DNA of 64,000 nt, from positions 310,001 to 374,000 of the forward strand of contig NW_020847569.1 in the NCBI RefSeq assembly GCF_003704095.1, given 5' to 3'. The translations under genes were made by a program, and so were the position numbers. Positions 10,601 to 23,000 of this stretch are shown piece by piece. Origin of the DNA: Pocillopora damicornis (Eukaryota). Position 1 is the first letter of the stretch. Every line of letters begins with the position of its first letter. The notes beneath the pieces are model-generated. The model ran no database searches, was not told the DNA's origin, and worked only from the letters and a program-made list of their open reading frames with translations.

Positions 10601-13600
10601 TAAAAGGAAAAGTCTTTAAAAGTTAAATGGAACAGTCTTATCCCCGTTATTGGAAAGAACTTCAATATTAAATTTAATATTTAAAAAAAACTCGCATTCA
10701 AACAAAGATTGCATCACTTTGATCACACTTTACTTTTCTGTTGTTCATTGTTTCTATACATTAAAAAAAAGCCTTCTGAATTCGTTACGGTATAATACGG
10801 CAATATCCGGAAACATTAATCATAGGCGAGAAAATTCTCAATATTGCTCACGATTATGAAAAGAGTCGGTGCAGTAGATCTCACTCAGATATCGGAGCTT
10901 CAAAAATACTAAAAAGTCTCATCATAATTGCTCACTACGCCGTTAGATGCAAAAGTAGAACTCAAAACCACCGCTTGTATGGACCGATAATGCCAACATC
11001 GCAATGTTAATTCATTCCAAAGTGACATTTGATACGAATCCGTCTCACCTCCAATAAAGTGCTGTTAACTTCGTTAACGCCAACGTTTGTCCTTTTTAAG
11101 TAAGTCGTCAACTGAGACAAGGCAGCATCAAGGATATTCAGCTGAGTAAAGAAAAATTGTGAACGATATTTATTAGGTATGGCATTGGTTCGTTTCGAAG
11201 GAATAACCCTTACCCAGACTTTTTTCTAAATACTTTCGTCCTTTTAAAACCTTAAGAAAATCAACATGTCAGCCAAATCCGAAGGGAAACTTTTTAATTT
11301 CCTTTAGCAGAAAGCTTCAAATCCCAGTTTCATTTTCAAAGTTGCACAGCACATTATTTTAGGGTCCGTGACGCAGACAATCGCAGTAAATTAATTTTTC
11401 TAAAAATTTAAGAAGTCAAAAGGGAAAAGCAAAGATGAGCGATTTATCTTCTTCTTCCGGCAATGACACATACTGCCCTGGCATTCAGATCATGAGTATC
11501 CAAAAACTATATATTAAATCAACAGCTTAGACAAACCAACCTATATCACACGAGTAAAGAAGTGAAATAAATCTTAGAATACTGACCTTTAGTGTCTTAG
11601 TTGTGTTAACTGCATCCAAGGCTACTTTTGCATCTGCATCAGAAGCCATTAGTTGAATCCTTGTGCTGTTCGCATCATTTCGTATGGTGTCTAACCATGC
11701 CTTGGTCTGAGGGAAGAAGACTCATGCATTAATCTGAATAACTATGGATTCACCATACGTATGGAGTCATCATTTGTGATTCACCAATTCCGATTCAACT
11801 CAAATTGCTCTTCATTTTTGTGAATATTTCATTAACAGTAGACTTAATTTGGAAAAAAGTAAATTCAATTCATCCTCTCTTTCATACTGTTCTTTTCCTT
11901 TTAGACCTTACGAAAATCCTATCTTTCTACAACTGAGAAAAAAAATTTCGGACATTTTTCATGGTTTTCGGTCTAGTGTTTCAGACTTTGAACAAATTAC
12001 CGTGAGTGTGGTCAAGGAAACAACAAAATGCTCTTCTTTACAAGAAAAATTTCTAATGAGTGATGAAGAAGCCATTTCCATAAAATAATCATGTTTCTTA
12101 CATTTATCATTATATGTGATTATTAAATGGTAATTTTTTACCATTGCATGTATGTTTCAAATCATCTCACATCTTAAAATTGTTGACACTTCTAAAACTG
12201 TTGACTTTCAAATCTTTAAATTTCTGTAAAGATTTTACAAGTTCATATGGCATGCAAGATAATGTAAACTCCTGTTAAAGAATGATAAGCTGTGTAAATT
12301 CAAGACAAATTGGGGTAAGTGTAATCTTGCAGCTCACCTGCGAGTGGAACGTATGGTTGCCTAAGCATTTGAATCGTTTCATCTTTTTTGTGTGTGAATA
12401 AGTTCCCCTACCTTTTCACTTAAGTTGTTGTGTTCTTCTTGAAGGTAATCCAAGGATAAACGGGTACTGTTTAACTCGGCCTCTTTCTCTATCTAAAAAC
12501 ACACAGCGAAATTTACAATAACAACTTTCATGAACTTGGCAGTTTGCAACGCATTCGTCGTTTAAGTACTTCTTATTAACCGAGTTTGAGGTCCGCACTG
12601 TAAAGTACGGACCGCTGTTTTTTGGCCGCATGGAAAAAATGGCGCTCCGTAATTTGGAATGGATAGAGGTGAGATGAATCAATTTGTCTAAATGTGAACT
12701 TTTTTTCATTCTATTTACAGGCTACTCTGGGAAAGCTGAGACAAATTTTCTGACATCATTAAATTTTACAAGTGCGGATGGTTTGTTGCTTCTAAACAAA
12801 TTTTGTCCGAGGTGGTAAAATTTTTAAACGTGCGGCCGACTAAATTTTTCCTGACAAAGCCGCGTATTACCAGGCAGGCGATAATTTGTTGGAGAACTCG
12901 CGTATATTTAAAACTTTCAAACGACTTCAGATGAATCCTGACTATAGGAGTTTAATATCCATTGGCAAATTTCGCCGGCTGGTCTTTTGAGCAGATCAGG
13001 CGCTGACGGAATTTGACAGCTTGAAATACGGGTACAACAGAAGAGACAAAAATTTGTCCATTGATATTCTTGCGACAATTCTAGTTTTCTTTGCTAGTAA
13101 AGGTAATATAGACCCTAAGGTGGGATTTTTTGGCAGTTACATTACGCGTCTCGCTCGTGTCAGCCTCGTTTTCTTGCTGTGAACGATTCTCCCTGTGGGG
13201 CTCTTGTCTCACTAATTCCTGCTCTTTCTAGGCTAAAATGTCGGGTCTACTTATGCTAGGTTAAAACTATGGCCAGATTCAGGCTCTATTGCGGCCAAAC
13301 AATTTTGTGCAAATTTTGTGTAAACGCTGCAACAAGAGGTCCTTTTATATGATCACTAATTAGCGGCCTTTTTTCTGACGAGGTGTAAATAGGCGTCAGG
13401 AAGCAAACCGCCATCGTCACGATTTAAAGGAGCGTGGGCGGAGTTAATATGCCAAGCCTCCAAGATCACCCCTGATGAAGGCACTAGACAGGAGTGTCGA
13501 AATGTTGGGTCTATGAATCGTAACTTCTTCGGTTACATTCATTAAATCTGCAAACCAGAGTGGCGTCAAACTATGTCTGATTGTCCAACTGGTTGCCGTG

Positions 13601-14774
13601 TTAACTTTAATATATATTAACAAAGAATTGAAAAACAAAAAGGCCCCGCATCCCCAGGGGAAACTCGAGAGCTAGTGAAGACCTAAGGTTAATTTTTCAT
13701 CGCAAATCACTTTTTAAAATTTGTGTTCAATGCCTCTCACCAAATCTCGCTGAAAGCGCGTCATGTTCTCTTCCAAGGAACTAATCTTGATTACATCAGC
13801 AGACAGCTTTTCAACGGACGTAGTGAGTGCTGAAAAAAATAAAAGATTCCTTTCAGGCAATTCGTTTGAAATTGAATGAAAGAAGAGCTATGAAATTGCC
13901 AATCAAAAATATCTTCGTCAGAAAAAATGAATTCGCCTAAATTTGAATCAAAATCGATTCCTCCTCGATTCAAAAGTTACAGCATTTATCCAAAATTGTT
14001 ATTACCAGTATTATCATTATTATCAGCATTGTTATATATTTATTGTCTATAGTCAGGCCACCCGGTGCGAAGAGTTTAAAAACAAATCATCAGTTTTCAT
14101 AGAGGAAAAGAGTTATTACTTGCGGATATTTTGCGAGTTCCGCAGTATTTTTCCGAGCCCTGTAAGGATGATGAAATACAACAGCGACGATTAGATGTCA
14201 AACCATTGAATGAAGGATTTCTTATTCCACTACCATTTCATTTTGTAGTCTTTTAACTTATAATTTTAGAACTAGTTTGCAGACTGCGTGACATACGATT
14301 GTCAGACCATTGAAATGTGTTTTATGACTAACAAAAAAACTCTGATGCACTTAGTTGCTTTTAAGGTCAAACCTGAGAAAAGGAATAAAACCAAATTTTG
14401 GATGTTTTAGTGCGGCCATTTTGTTGCTTCGCTTTCAAATTATTATACTAACATATGTCTACTTGCTAACCTTCAGTTTTGGAGCAATCACATTTTTCAC
14501 CGAAATTCCCCCACAGCGACAGCAAACTCAGAATAATGGCGACGATGGAAAGTAAACACGCAAAAAAGAACAAGGGCAAATATCTCCCGTTCGATCGCCT
14601 TGCCGGGTGTGGTTTCTCCTCATGCGTTTCGTAAAGTGCGCTCCCTGGATCACTTGCTGCTCCAAAATTGGCCTCTTTTAAACTAATTTGTTTTAGTCCC
14701 AGCGACTCATTCGTGGCAGAATCGTCTCCGACATAACCTTTGTTTATAACGATTTTTCGAGATGAAGTAGGCAT
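7629..14774 (-). CDS. Gene A: type II transmembrane protein with coiled-coil stalk, EGF and USOMP5-like (fibrinogen-related) C-terminal domain, about 567 aa
   Basis: 11 phase-compatible GT-AG exons: 14774-14471 (MPTSS..tail, TM, CDC), 13829-13741, 12492-12412, 11706-11587, 11141-11049, 10431-10312, 9854-9762, 9629-9515 (EGF), 9044-8996 (AENCKEI), 8359-8230 ([14 protein letters not shown]), 8138-7629. The total is 1704 nt, open, and exon sizes match gene B. Domain name is from recall of coral protein annotations. Confidence 0.85.
13468..13510 (+). ncRNA. Minimal type I hammerhead ribozyme motif in a probable Penelope-like pseudo-LTR fragment (about 13444-13620)
   Basis: ACCC-CTGATGA-A-GGCACT(agacagg)AGTGTC-GAAA-TG-TT-GGGT: intact core, 6-bp helix II, 4-bp helix I and a loopless helix III. 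Confidence 0.65.
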
Positions 14775-16084
14775 TGCGATAAAGTGCAAGTCACTCTCAG
14801 CCAAACCGAAAGGTGAAATCAGATCACACCCTGAATAGGTGTTATTCTGCATATCACACCTCTAAGTTAAATCACAGCTAAGCGCAAGCGAGGCGTGACA
14901 GCCTTTGGATTAAATTCGTCCGGTTAACAAGCTAAATTGATAATATCGCCAGAGCAATCAACCTGAACTTGCTGTTAAATTTGGTCATCCTTCGATCTGA
15001 CTAGGCTCGTTGTGATGTTCGGTCAACGAACTCTATTTCAGCCTTTTTTAGACGGTTGGTTTCAAGATTTCGCAAAATTTTAAATTTGATTAATGGTTCT
15101 CAGAAAGACGTCGTCAGTTCGGCTTAAAAAAAAAAAACAATCAACAGTGTAATGATGGATTAACTCTTTTGTTATTATCTCTATCAATCCATTTTTTTTC
15201 ATTTTTTTTCGTTTGCCCACCCGATTTTAGTCGTTGCAAACCATTTCACTCATCACGAGAAGACCCGTTTTTTTTTTTTTCGTGATTGAAAAAAAAAAAG
15301 AGAACAAAAGTGTGTTGAAGGATTCACTCTTTTGTTCTTGTCTTTAAACATTCCATTCATCGGACGCGATTAAATTTTTGGTTTTGCTTTTCGTTTAGAA
15401 TATTGTCTTGACTTCAGTTTTATGCACGTGTGCATTACTTGTACTTTTTAAAGCCCTCTAAAACGTCACTTCGATTTGATAAGAGGGCATGTTTTGAAGC
15501 CTTTTCGAATGTCAAAATAAACAGGGCAAGATCGGGCGATTTTGAAGTGCTTTTGAAAGGCATTTGTCAATACATCGACTGTCACTAAATCATCATACAG
15601 TGAGTAAATGAACAACTTTGAGTTGTCAAATTTTGATTTGATATGAGGACGTGTTTTGAAGCCCTCTTATGTCAAAGTTTCAGGATTGGGTGATTCTTAA
15701 GACTCGACTGAAGGCCATCCAAGCGCCAATAGCTTAAATTAACCACTAGCTTGCTTTATTAAATTCGGTGCGCTATTGTCTCAAAATATGTTTTTCTAAT
15801 CAAAATTGCAAAGGATTTAAAAGCCTTTCAGCGGAAAACTAGTTTAAACAATGGAATTAATAGCTGTGTTTTACATAGAATTAGTAAAATTTCTACGTAA
15901 AGACTTGTGAATCAAGTATTATGATGAAACATTCATGACAGAAAACAACTGTTTTGCTGTAGAGATCCATTCATTCTGTTCATCTCACAAATTGGGACGA
16001 TGAAGTCAAAGTTGGAGTGTGAGAGCATTGGAAGGATGTTGGCCCCGATGGGACCTCAATTGTAAGTTTGTACGCCGAGTTAAT

Positions 16085-16265
16085 GAAGTTTGACACTCTT
16101 TTTAGGTGTCAAATCGCTGTGTTCCCCTATCGTAATTATCAAGAAAAAAACCGCTTGGCGGTAAAATCGATGATGTCAGTCGTTTGGTCACGTGCTGTTT
16201 TGTATGATGTAAGGTAATTACAACTCAACTCGTGCACAATTTGTATTCTGATTGTTTCCTGACAG
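16085..16265. promoter_or_regulatory. Conserved non-coding block upstream of gene A
   Basis: Aligns with 32562-32840 upstream of gene B: TTTGACA..TGTCAAA inverted pair, TCACGT, taattacaactcaac and ctgattgtttcctga. Confidence 0.5.
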
Positions 16266-17008
16266 TTTTAATAAAGTTCACAGGGAGGCAAAGAGTCAGT
16301 GCGTGAGGCGAGATTAAGCTAAACATTTCTACGTGACTAAGTGACAATTGAATTTACAGAAAGGCAAGTGACCTGAAATTTAAAGTTTTTCCTTCACAAC
16401 CATGACACTTAAAAAAATAGTCTAACGGGCACGTGAATTTGTCTAACCCATCCGTTCTAGAGGCGATATCTTCTACAAGTAAAATTGAAAGGTGTTGCTC
16501 TATGTCTCGTTTTTAGCGTCCACTAAGATAATTTTTTTCACGACTCATGAACCTTGTACATAGGGTATGAATCTCTGAACCTGTAAACGTTTGAACATAG
16601 GGTATCTAGTTTGTGGCTTCGCTCACCGTTTGATAGTAGACAATCATACTTCGAATCCTAATGAGGGTTCACGCTCGTCACAAATGTATAACTCTTTTTG
16701 ATCGACCTAACCAAAGAGTAGCCTCAGATCGATTAGGTTAGCTGCAACAAATTCATCTTAGTTCTACAAGACTATGCAGGTTTACATTATTGATTGCACC
16801 GAGAGAAAGAATTTCAGCTATGAATGTACGGACAACGTGCAACCTTAACTTAGCTTTATGCGAGGACATCAACAAGAAGTATGGGTCACCTTTTGCTCAG
16901 AAGAATACCACTCTCTGGAGCTTAAGAAACGTTTTAAATCGGCAAAAACGACAAATAGGTGCAAACCGTTATGGAAAAAAATTGACGCTAACGAGAACTC
17001 ATGTATAG

Positions 17009-20000
17009 TTACTGAACAAATACATATCCCATGGCTATGACATTTTTGTCACCATTGTCTGCTTGCAATGCTGCCACATTTCCACAGGTGTTGGAACCCG
17101 GGGCTGTACCAAAACCGATTCTTGAATCACAGCTACTGCAGTCATTTTGGTCGTTACCAAGGATGCCAATTCTTGCCCTAGGGCGCACAGCAGACGGTGT
17201 GCGTGCATTAAACCCTTCTTTATTGCAATTCAGTTGTAAGGAGCCGTTGGAACCAAGAAGCGACTTCCATGCATCACGACCAAGCGACGTATTACGATAT
17301 TCCCCGTCAGCAATTAATGAGTGCAAAGATTCAGCCGTCTTGTTAATCAAGATAAATTTTAATTCTTCGCCATTTTTCATACCAAGGCAGATCTTGGTAA
17401 AGTTTGTCTTCCAGTAAGTCGGTAGCTTAGTCTCTTGCTCATCAAACCCTGTCATTCCCCCCTGAATGTTCAATCCGGTCTCATTGCTCCAGATCTCAGA
17501 GTCATAATGGAAGGTGTTCTACAGAATGAGGATAGCATTATCAATTAACAACTATACTTTGCGATAAGAGATTACCCAATGTCAATTATCAATATTTTCA
17601 TTTTTTTTCATACGTTCGTTAGTTTCATTAATTTAAAACAATTTTCGTTCATTGCTCAAAAACTGAGTACAAATTTATTCTGGTAATCAGATACTATATC
17701 GTCTGTAGGCGAACCTCCGAGAAAATAAATCATTGTGCGCCGATGAAATTTATAAATCACCCGTTAGACACTTGAGTTTCTAGCAAGATGATCTAGAGAT
17801 GCAACATCTGTGATAACCATTTGTGTAGGGTGCAGAGACATCTCAGAAGCTTCTTATTTGTTAATGGCGAGAATAGAATCTAAAACGATTGTTATTCTAA
17901 CTTGAAAACCAAAATTTCTAAAAGAGTGACTTAAATCTCGTACATATTTATCAAACTATTCACAAGCGGCTTTCTTTTAAATTGATCAATACAAATACAT
18001 AAAAAGTGTAAAACTTAGCCGAGGAAAAAAACAAAACATTCCATTGCGTGGTAAATTCCTGTAATAGTTTTCTTCCGAGTTCCCTTTTTTCTTTTTCTTT
18101 TTGCTTATTTATTGATTCGTTTTGGCCTCTGTTTAATTTATTACTATAATGATTGAAAACTTGAATAAATTCTGTGCACCTTAGATCCATTGATCTTCAT
18201 AACCAGTGTCCAACCACCGTCTCCACACGGACCAAGACTCGTCACGTGACAATAGACTGAAATTGTATCTGATCCAAGCTTCAGAGGGAAGGATTGGTTA
18301 CTGACAGAGCTAGAAAAAGACGAATTTTGCTTTCAAAAGATATTGCTCTCAGAGGTATATTGTGGAGAATTTAAACTCGTAGGAATTGCATTGAACACTA
18401 CTTACATGCCCTTATCATCACTGTCATCGTTGATCTCCTTGCAGCTCTCAGCAGCTCAGGCAAAGTGAACATACCAGAAAGATTTATTAGACTCGAAGCT
18501 TAAGATGCATAATGATGCGTATACTTTAAGATTTGAGAGATAGCCTTACTTATTTAAGGATGGCCGGAAATGGTTGTCTAGAAACTGCTTTAGTAATGCT
18601 TATCTAGATAAACATTTGCTAGCAGCCAGAGGGCGAAAGTGCCCATTGAGATTCACATGTGTACCAGTTAATAATTAACACGTGCATAAAGTTGGCTGAC
18701 TTCATATGGGAAGCGAAAAAGCGTAAGAAACTGTCGTTCTCATGATTCTATTATCAACTGAAGAAAGTTATAGCTTTGCAATCATACCTTTGAAAATTGC
18801 TACCATCATATTACACTACATTTTTATGAATAACTAGTTTGCCTAGTTTACCTTACGCACATCTTTAAGCCAGAAAAAGTAATTGAGCAGTTTGTTGTAG
18901 AATTAATCTTACCTTTCTCACATATTTCTCCAACGAAACCTGGAGCACAAGCACATATGAATTTGCCCCTCTTGTTTCCTGGATAGCAGGTCGCTCCATT
19001 CTTGCATGGGTTGGAATAGCAGGGAAACTTGAAAAAATGAGGAAAAGTTGCTATAGAGAGTTCCTAATAACAATTATGAATAATGACAGATTTCTTCAGC
19101 GCCATATTCATTGGCGAGTCATGGCGCTTTACAACACGTTGCGAGGGACTCTGGCTAGACTGAATTGAGTAGATTAAAATTTTTGAAGGAAATTTGGGCA
19201 GATGCCCCCAATTTTTAGAATTAATGCAAGACCACAAATCGGGGAGCTACATCCCCTACTCCTTGCTGACCAGTACAGGGAAGATGCAGGAGACGAGACC
19301 TACGGATTTTCATTCTTATCCGAGAAGACTAGCAAGTCTAAATGTCATTTCAAAGGCAGCACATTCTCCTCAGCTAAATTTAAGATGCTGGGTGTTGTTC
19401 CAGTCTGGGGCTTCAACCTTCGACCTTCCGCACGGCAGCTCAGCCCGGCACTTTACAATACTGGCCAGGCGGCGGTTACAACAAGTTTATTGCATTGTTG
19501 TATTTTGACATTATGACAAACCTTTCTCAAAGTCTCCTTCAGCTCCATGACGTCAGAGTTAGTTCGATTCAGTGTAGAATTTAGCTGATACAGAAACGTG
19601 CCGAGCTTTTCCAGCTGAAAGAATAAGAAGACTGTACAGTCTATGAGAAGAGATTCTGTTGGAAATTGTATTCTTACTTTGATCGGCTGATTGGTAACTT
19701 ACTTTGGTTGTTCGATTGTTGTTTGCTCTATTTGCCGGTTGGACGTCACGTACTTCTTTTTATTAATTATCTCGCGATGAATTCTTAGATTTTTAACCAA
19801 CACCGAGATTAAAAAAAAAAAATTGCACCTCATACGCAAAGGATGTGTTGACGGCTTTTAGTGTCTGTCTTGTGTCATTGTCAGACGTCATGAGTTGGAA
19901 CTTTGATTGGTCCAAGTCTTTTCGTAAAGAGCTGACTCCTGAATCAGTCTATGCAGGGGAAAGACAAACTAATTGTTTCATCTTTTAAGAATTAGCGATT

Positions 20001-23000
20001 ATGTAATACCCATTTAACGTTAGAACATATGGGAATCTAATGTCAACAAATGCATAAAAACACTCTGGAGAAGGATCTAACTGTCAATCGTTCGCCGAGT
20101 TGGATATAATCTCGAATCGCGCGCATCAATTTTTGAAAAGAATGAGGTTTAAAAAATTAGATCAGAGTGAAACAGCGCCGACAACAAATTAACAAAAGAT
20201 TGAAAACCAAAGAGGTGCTATCTCAACAACCGAAGCGCGAGAGTCCACAAACGCTACAGTAGAGCTTAATGCAATCTATTTCTGAAACATGAATTAAATG
20301 CTCCTCACCGAATCTCGCTGAAGGCTGGTTATTTTCTCTTCCAAGGATTTTATCTTGCCTACATCAGTTATCAGTTTGTCAACGGACGCAGACAACGCTA
20401 AAAGAAAGAAAATTATCAAACACTCCCTCTGGGAAGTTCATTTAATTTAGCACAAATGAAGAGATATCTAATGAATTAGTTGCCAGGAATCGGATCCTTG
20501 TGTTTGCGGCAAAAGTTTTGGGATCGCCACGGGGCAAACATTGCAACTCGCTAGAAAAAAATGCATGCATATACAAGGAAGCGTAAGTTTTTGTTTGAAC
20601 AACCATGATCTATGTGGTAAAATCTACTAACTTTTCTCCATGCGCAATAGTTATTGTGAAATTGACAACGTGTAATGATCTCGGTTTATTGATATATTTT
20701 ATAATATATTTCACTGCAATTCTGAAAAAAAACCTTACACTTCCCTCGTATAAACATCATCTACATCCACTTATGATAAAAGTGCGATAAAAAAAGCGTT
20801 GATCTCTCTCTAAAATCGTTTTCGAACGTCGAAACAACCTTTCGCCATATATTTCCTTCTAGCAACTTGCAATGCTTGCCCAATGGCCATCCCAAAAATA
20901 TTTGCGCAAACACAAGGATCCGAATACTGGCAACTCATTCATTTTCACTCAAAAAGAGCATGCAATTCATTTAATTTATTTCTAAAGAAGAGATACAAGA
21001 ATTTAAGTTTTCATTCAAAATATCTTCGTAATGGAATACAAATTTTATTCCTCTTCGATTCAGAATTTTAGAAATGCATTTGATATCATTATGACTAACG
21101 CCTGTACCGCTAATTAAAGATTTCAGACTTCCTCTAGACTTTCATTTCCGAGAGAAATTAACTTCGATAAAATTAACCATTGAAAGGCTTCTCATTAGAA
21201 CCAATTGTTTCCCTTTTTTCACTTTACATTTTTTGCGATCAGTTATGCAATTTTGCCCGGATTGAACGATCGAATGTGATTTGAAGCGAGTTGTGCGAAA
21301 TCATCGTCACGCAATATCAGAAGCCGTTGTGATTTGAAGCCCAAGTTTTAGTAAACACGAAAAAGGAGATAAGAAATGTTTAATTATGTCACATTCTGGT
21401 ATCAGATGTAACCAGTGAGGCTCTGCAAAAGGTGAACAGACTCTGAAAAACCAAGTTCGTTTTGACCTTCCCGCTCATACGTTTTTCTATAGTTTTCCCA
21501 AGCGCGCGAACGTTGCATTTTCCAAGCGTTTTCCCCACAGAATTACTAACGGTGAATGCCATGAAAACATGTTGCTTGTCCATTGTTTTCCTGCTCTATG
21601 GAAACAGAAGTAAACAGCTTGCATTGTTTTTTTGTAGACTGAAGGAAAGTATAATCGTCCTAATACTCGATGTCTACGCTGCACGAGAAAAACGAGCGAG
21701 TCAAAAAAATCATTATCTATCCGAAAGAGTTCACACCTCTAAAAATTATTTCATGTCAAATTTTGCCCATCGTTATGGTTTGAACCTTATTTAGGACAAT
21801 GGCCCTATTTTTCCCTAGCCTCGAGGACTTTTTCATCGGATGTTTATGTCAAGCTCAGAAGCTAAAGCTCAACTGCCTCAAATGACCCAAACGGCTCAAA
21901 TGACCCAATCGTTGTCAGTACTCTGAATATTAAACAAGCTATTCACTGGCGTTTTCATGAGGCAGGATCAAGAGCAGGAAATAATGATCACGATCGATGA
22001 ACATGTTGTTTTCATGGCGTTTCAGAAAACAAACTGTTCATTAGCGTTTCCATGGAGCAAGAATATAATGGACGAACATCATGTTTTCTTTACGTTCACG
22101 TTCGTGTGTCAAAACACTTGGAGAATTCAGCGCTCGTACGCTCACGAAAACTACAAAAAAACAATGCAAGCTGTTTACTACTGTTTCCATAGAGCAGGAA
22201 AACAATGGACAAGCAACACGTTTTCATGGCATTCACCGTTAGTAATTCTGTGGGGAAAATGCTTGGAAAATGCNNNNNNNNNNNNNNNNNNNNNNNNNNN
22301 NNNNNNNNNNNNNNNNNNNNNNNNNNNNNNNNNNNNNNNNNNNNNNNNNNNNNNNNNNNNNNNNNNNNNNNNNTTTTTCAACCCTTTTTGTTACCAATTA
22401 ACCAAAGTAGTATTCGCCTAGCTACATCAGCTCTTGATTATACAAGATAACTGAATTGCCTCAAATGACCTAATCGGCTCTAGTCGCCCAACTGCCTCAA
22501 ATGAGCTAATCAGTTCCAGTGNNNNNNNNNNNNNNNNNNNNNNNNNNNNNCAACCAGCTCAGATAACTGAATTGCCTCGAATGACCCAATCGGCTCCAGT
22601 GGCCTAACTGCCTCAAATGAGCTAATCAGTTCCAGTGACCCTACTGCCTCAAATGACCCAATCCACATAAATGACCCAATTAGCTCAACTGCCTCAAATG
22701 ACCCAAACGGCTCAAATGACCCAATCGTTGTCAATACACTGAATATTAAACAAGCTATTCACGGGCGTTTTCATGGAGCAGGATCAAGAGCAGGAAATAA
22801 CACAGGACGAAATTGCAAGAATCCGTAAACGGAAACGTGGCAGAAACATGTTAAACCGTTCTGGAAACACGACGGATAACCTGTGTTTCCGTTACCGGTT
22901 TCGTGACGTTTTCTCGCGTTTCCGTTGCTGCGTATACAACGGAACCGGACCACTTTTTGTGCATGTTAAACATAACGGAAACATGGAGTTGCATGTTTCC

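Noticed and set aside
13141-13227. Possible extra phase-0 exon of gene A (KEQELVRQ..ETRN)
   Set aside because: A competing upstream AG, a weak donor and no paralogous exon. Left out of the model but not excluded.
14775-14852. Upstream ATG extending gene A by 26 aa
   Set aside because: Gene B aligns from the HFIAM methionine (14774) and has no equivalent in-frame extension.
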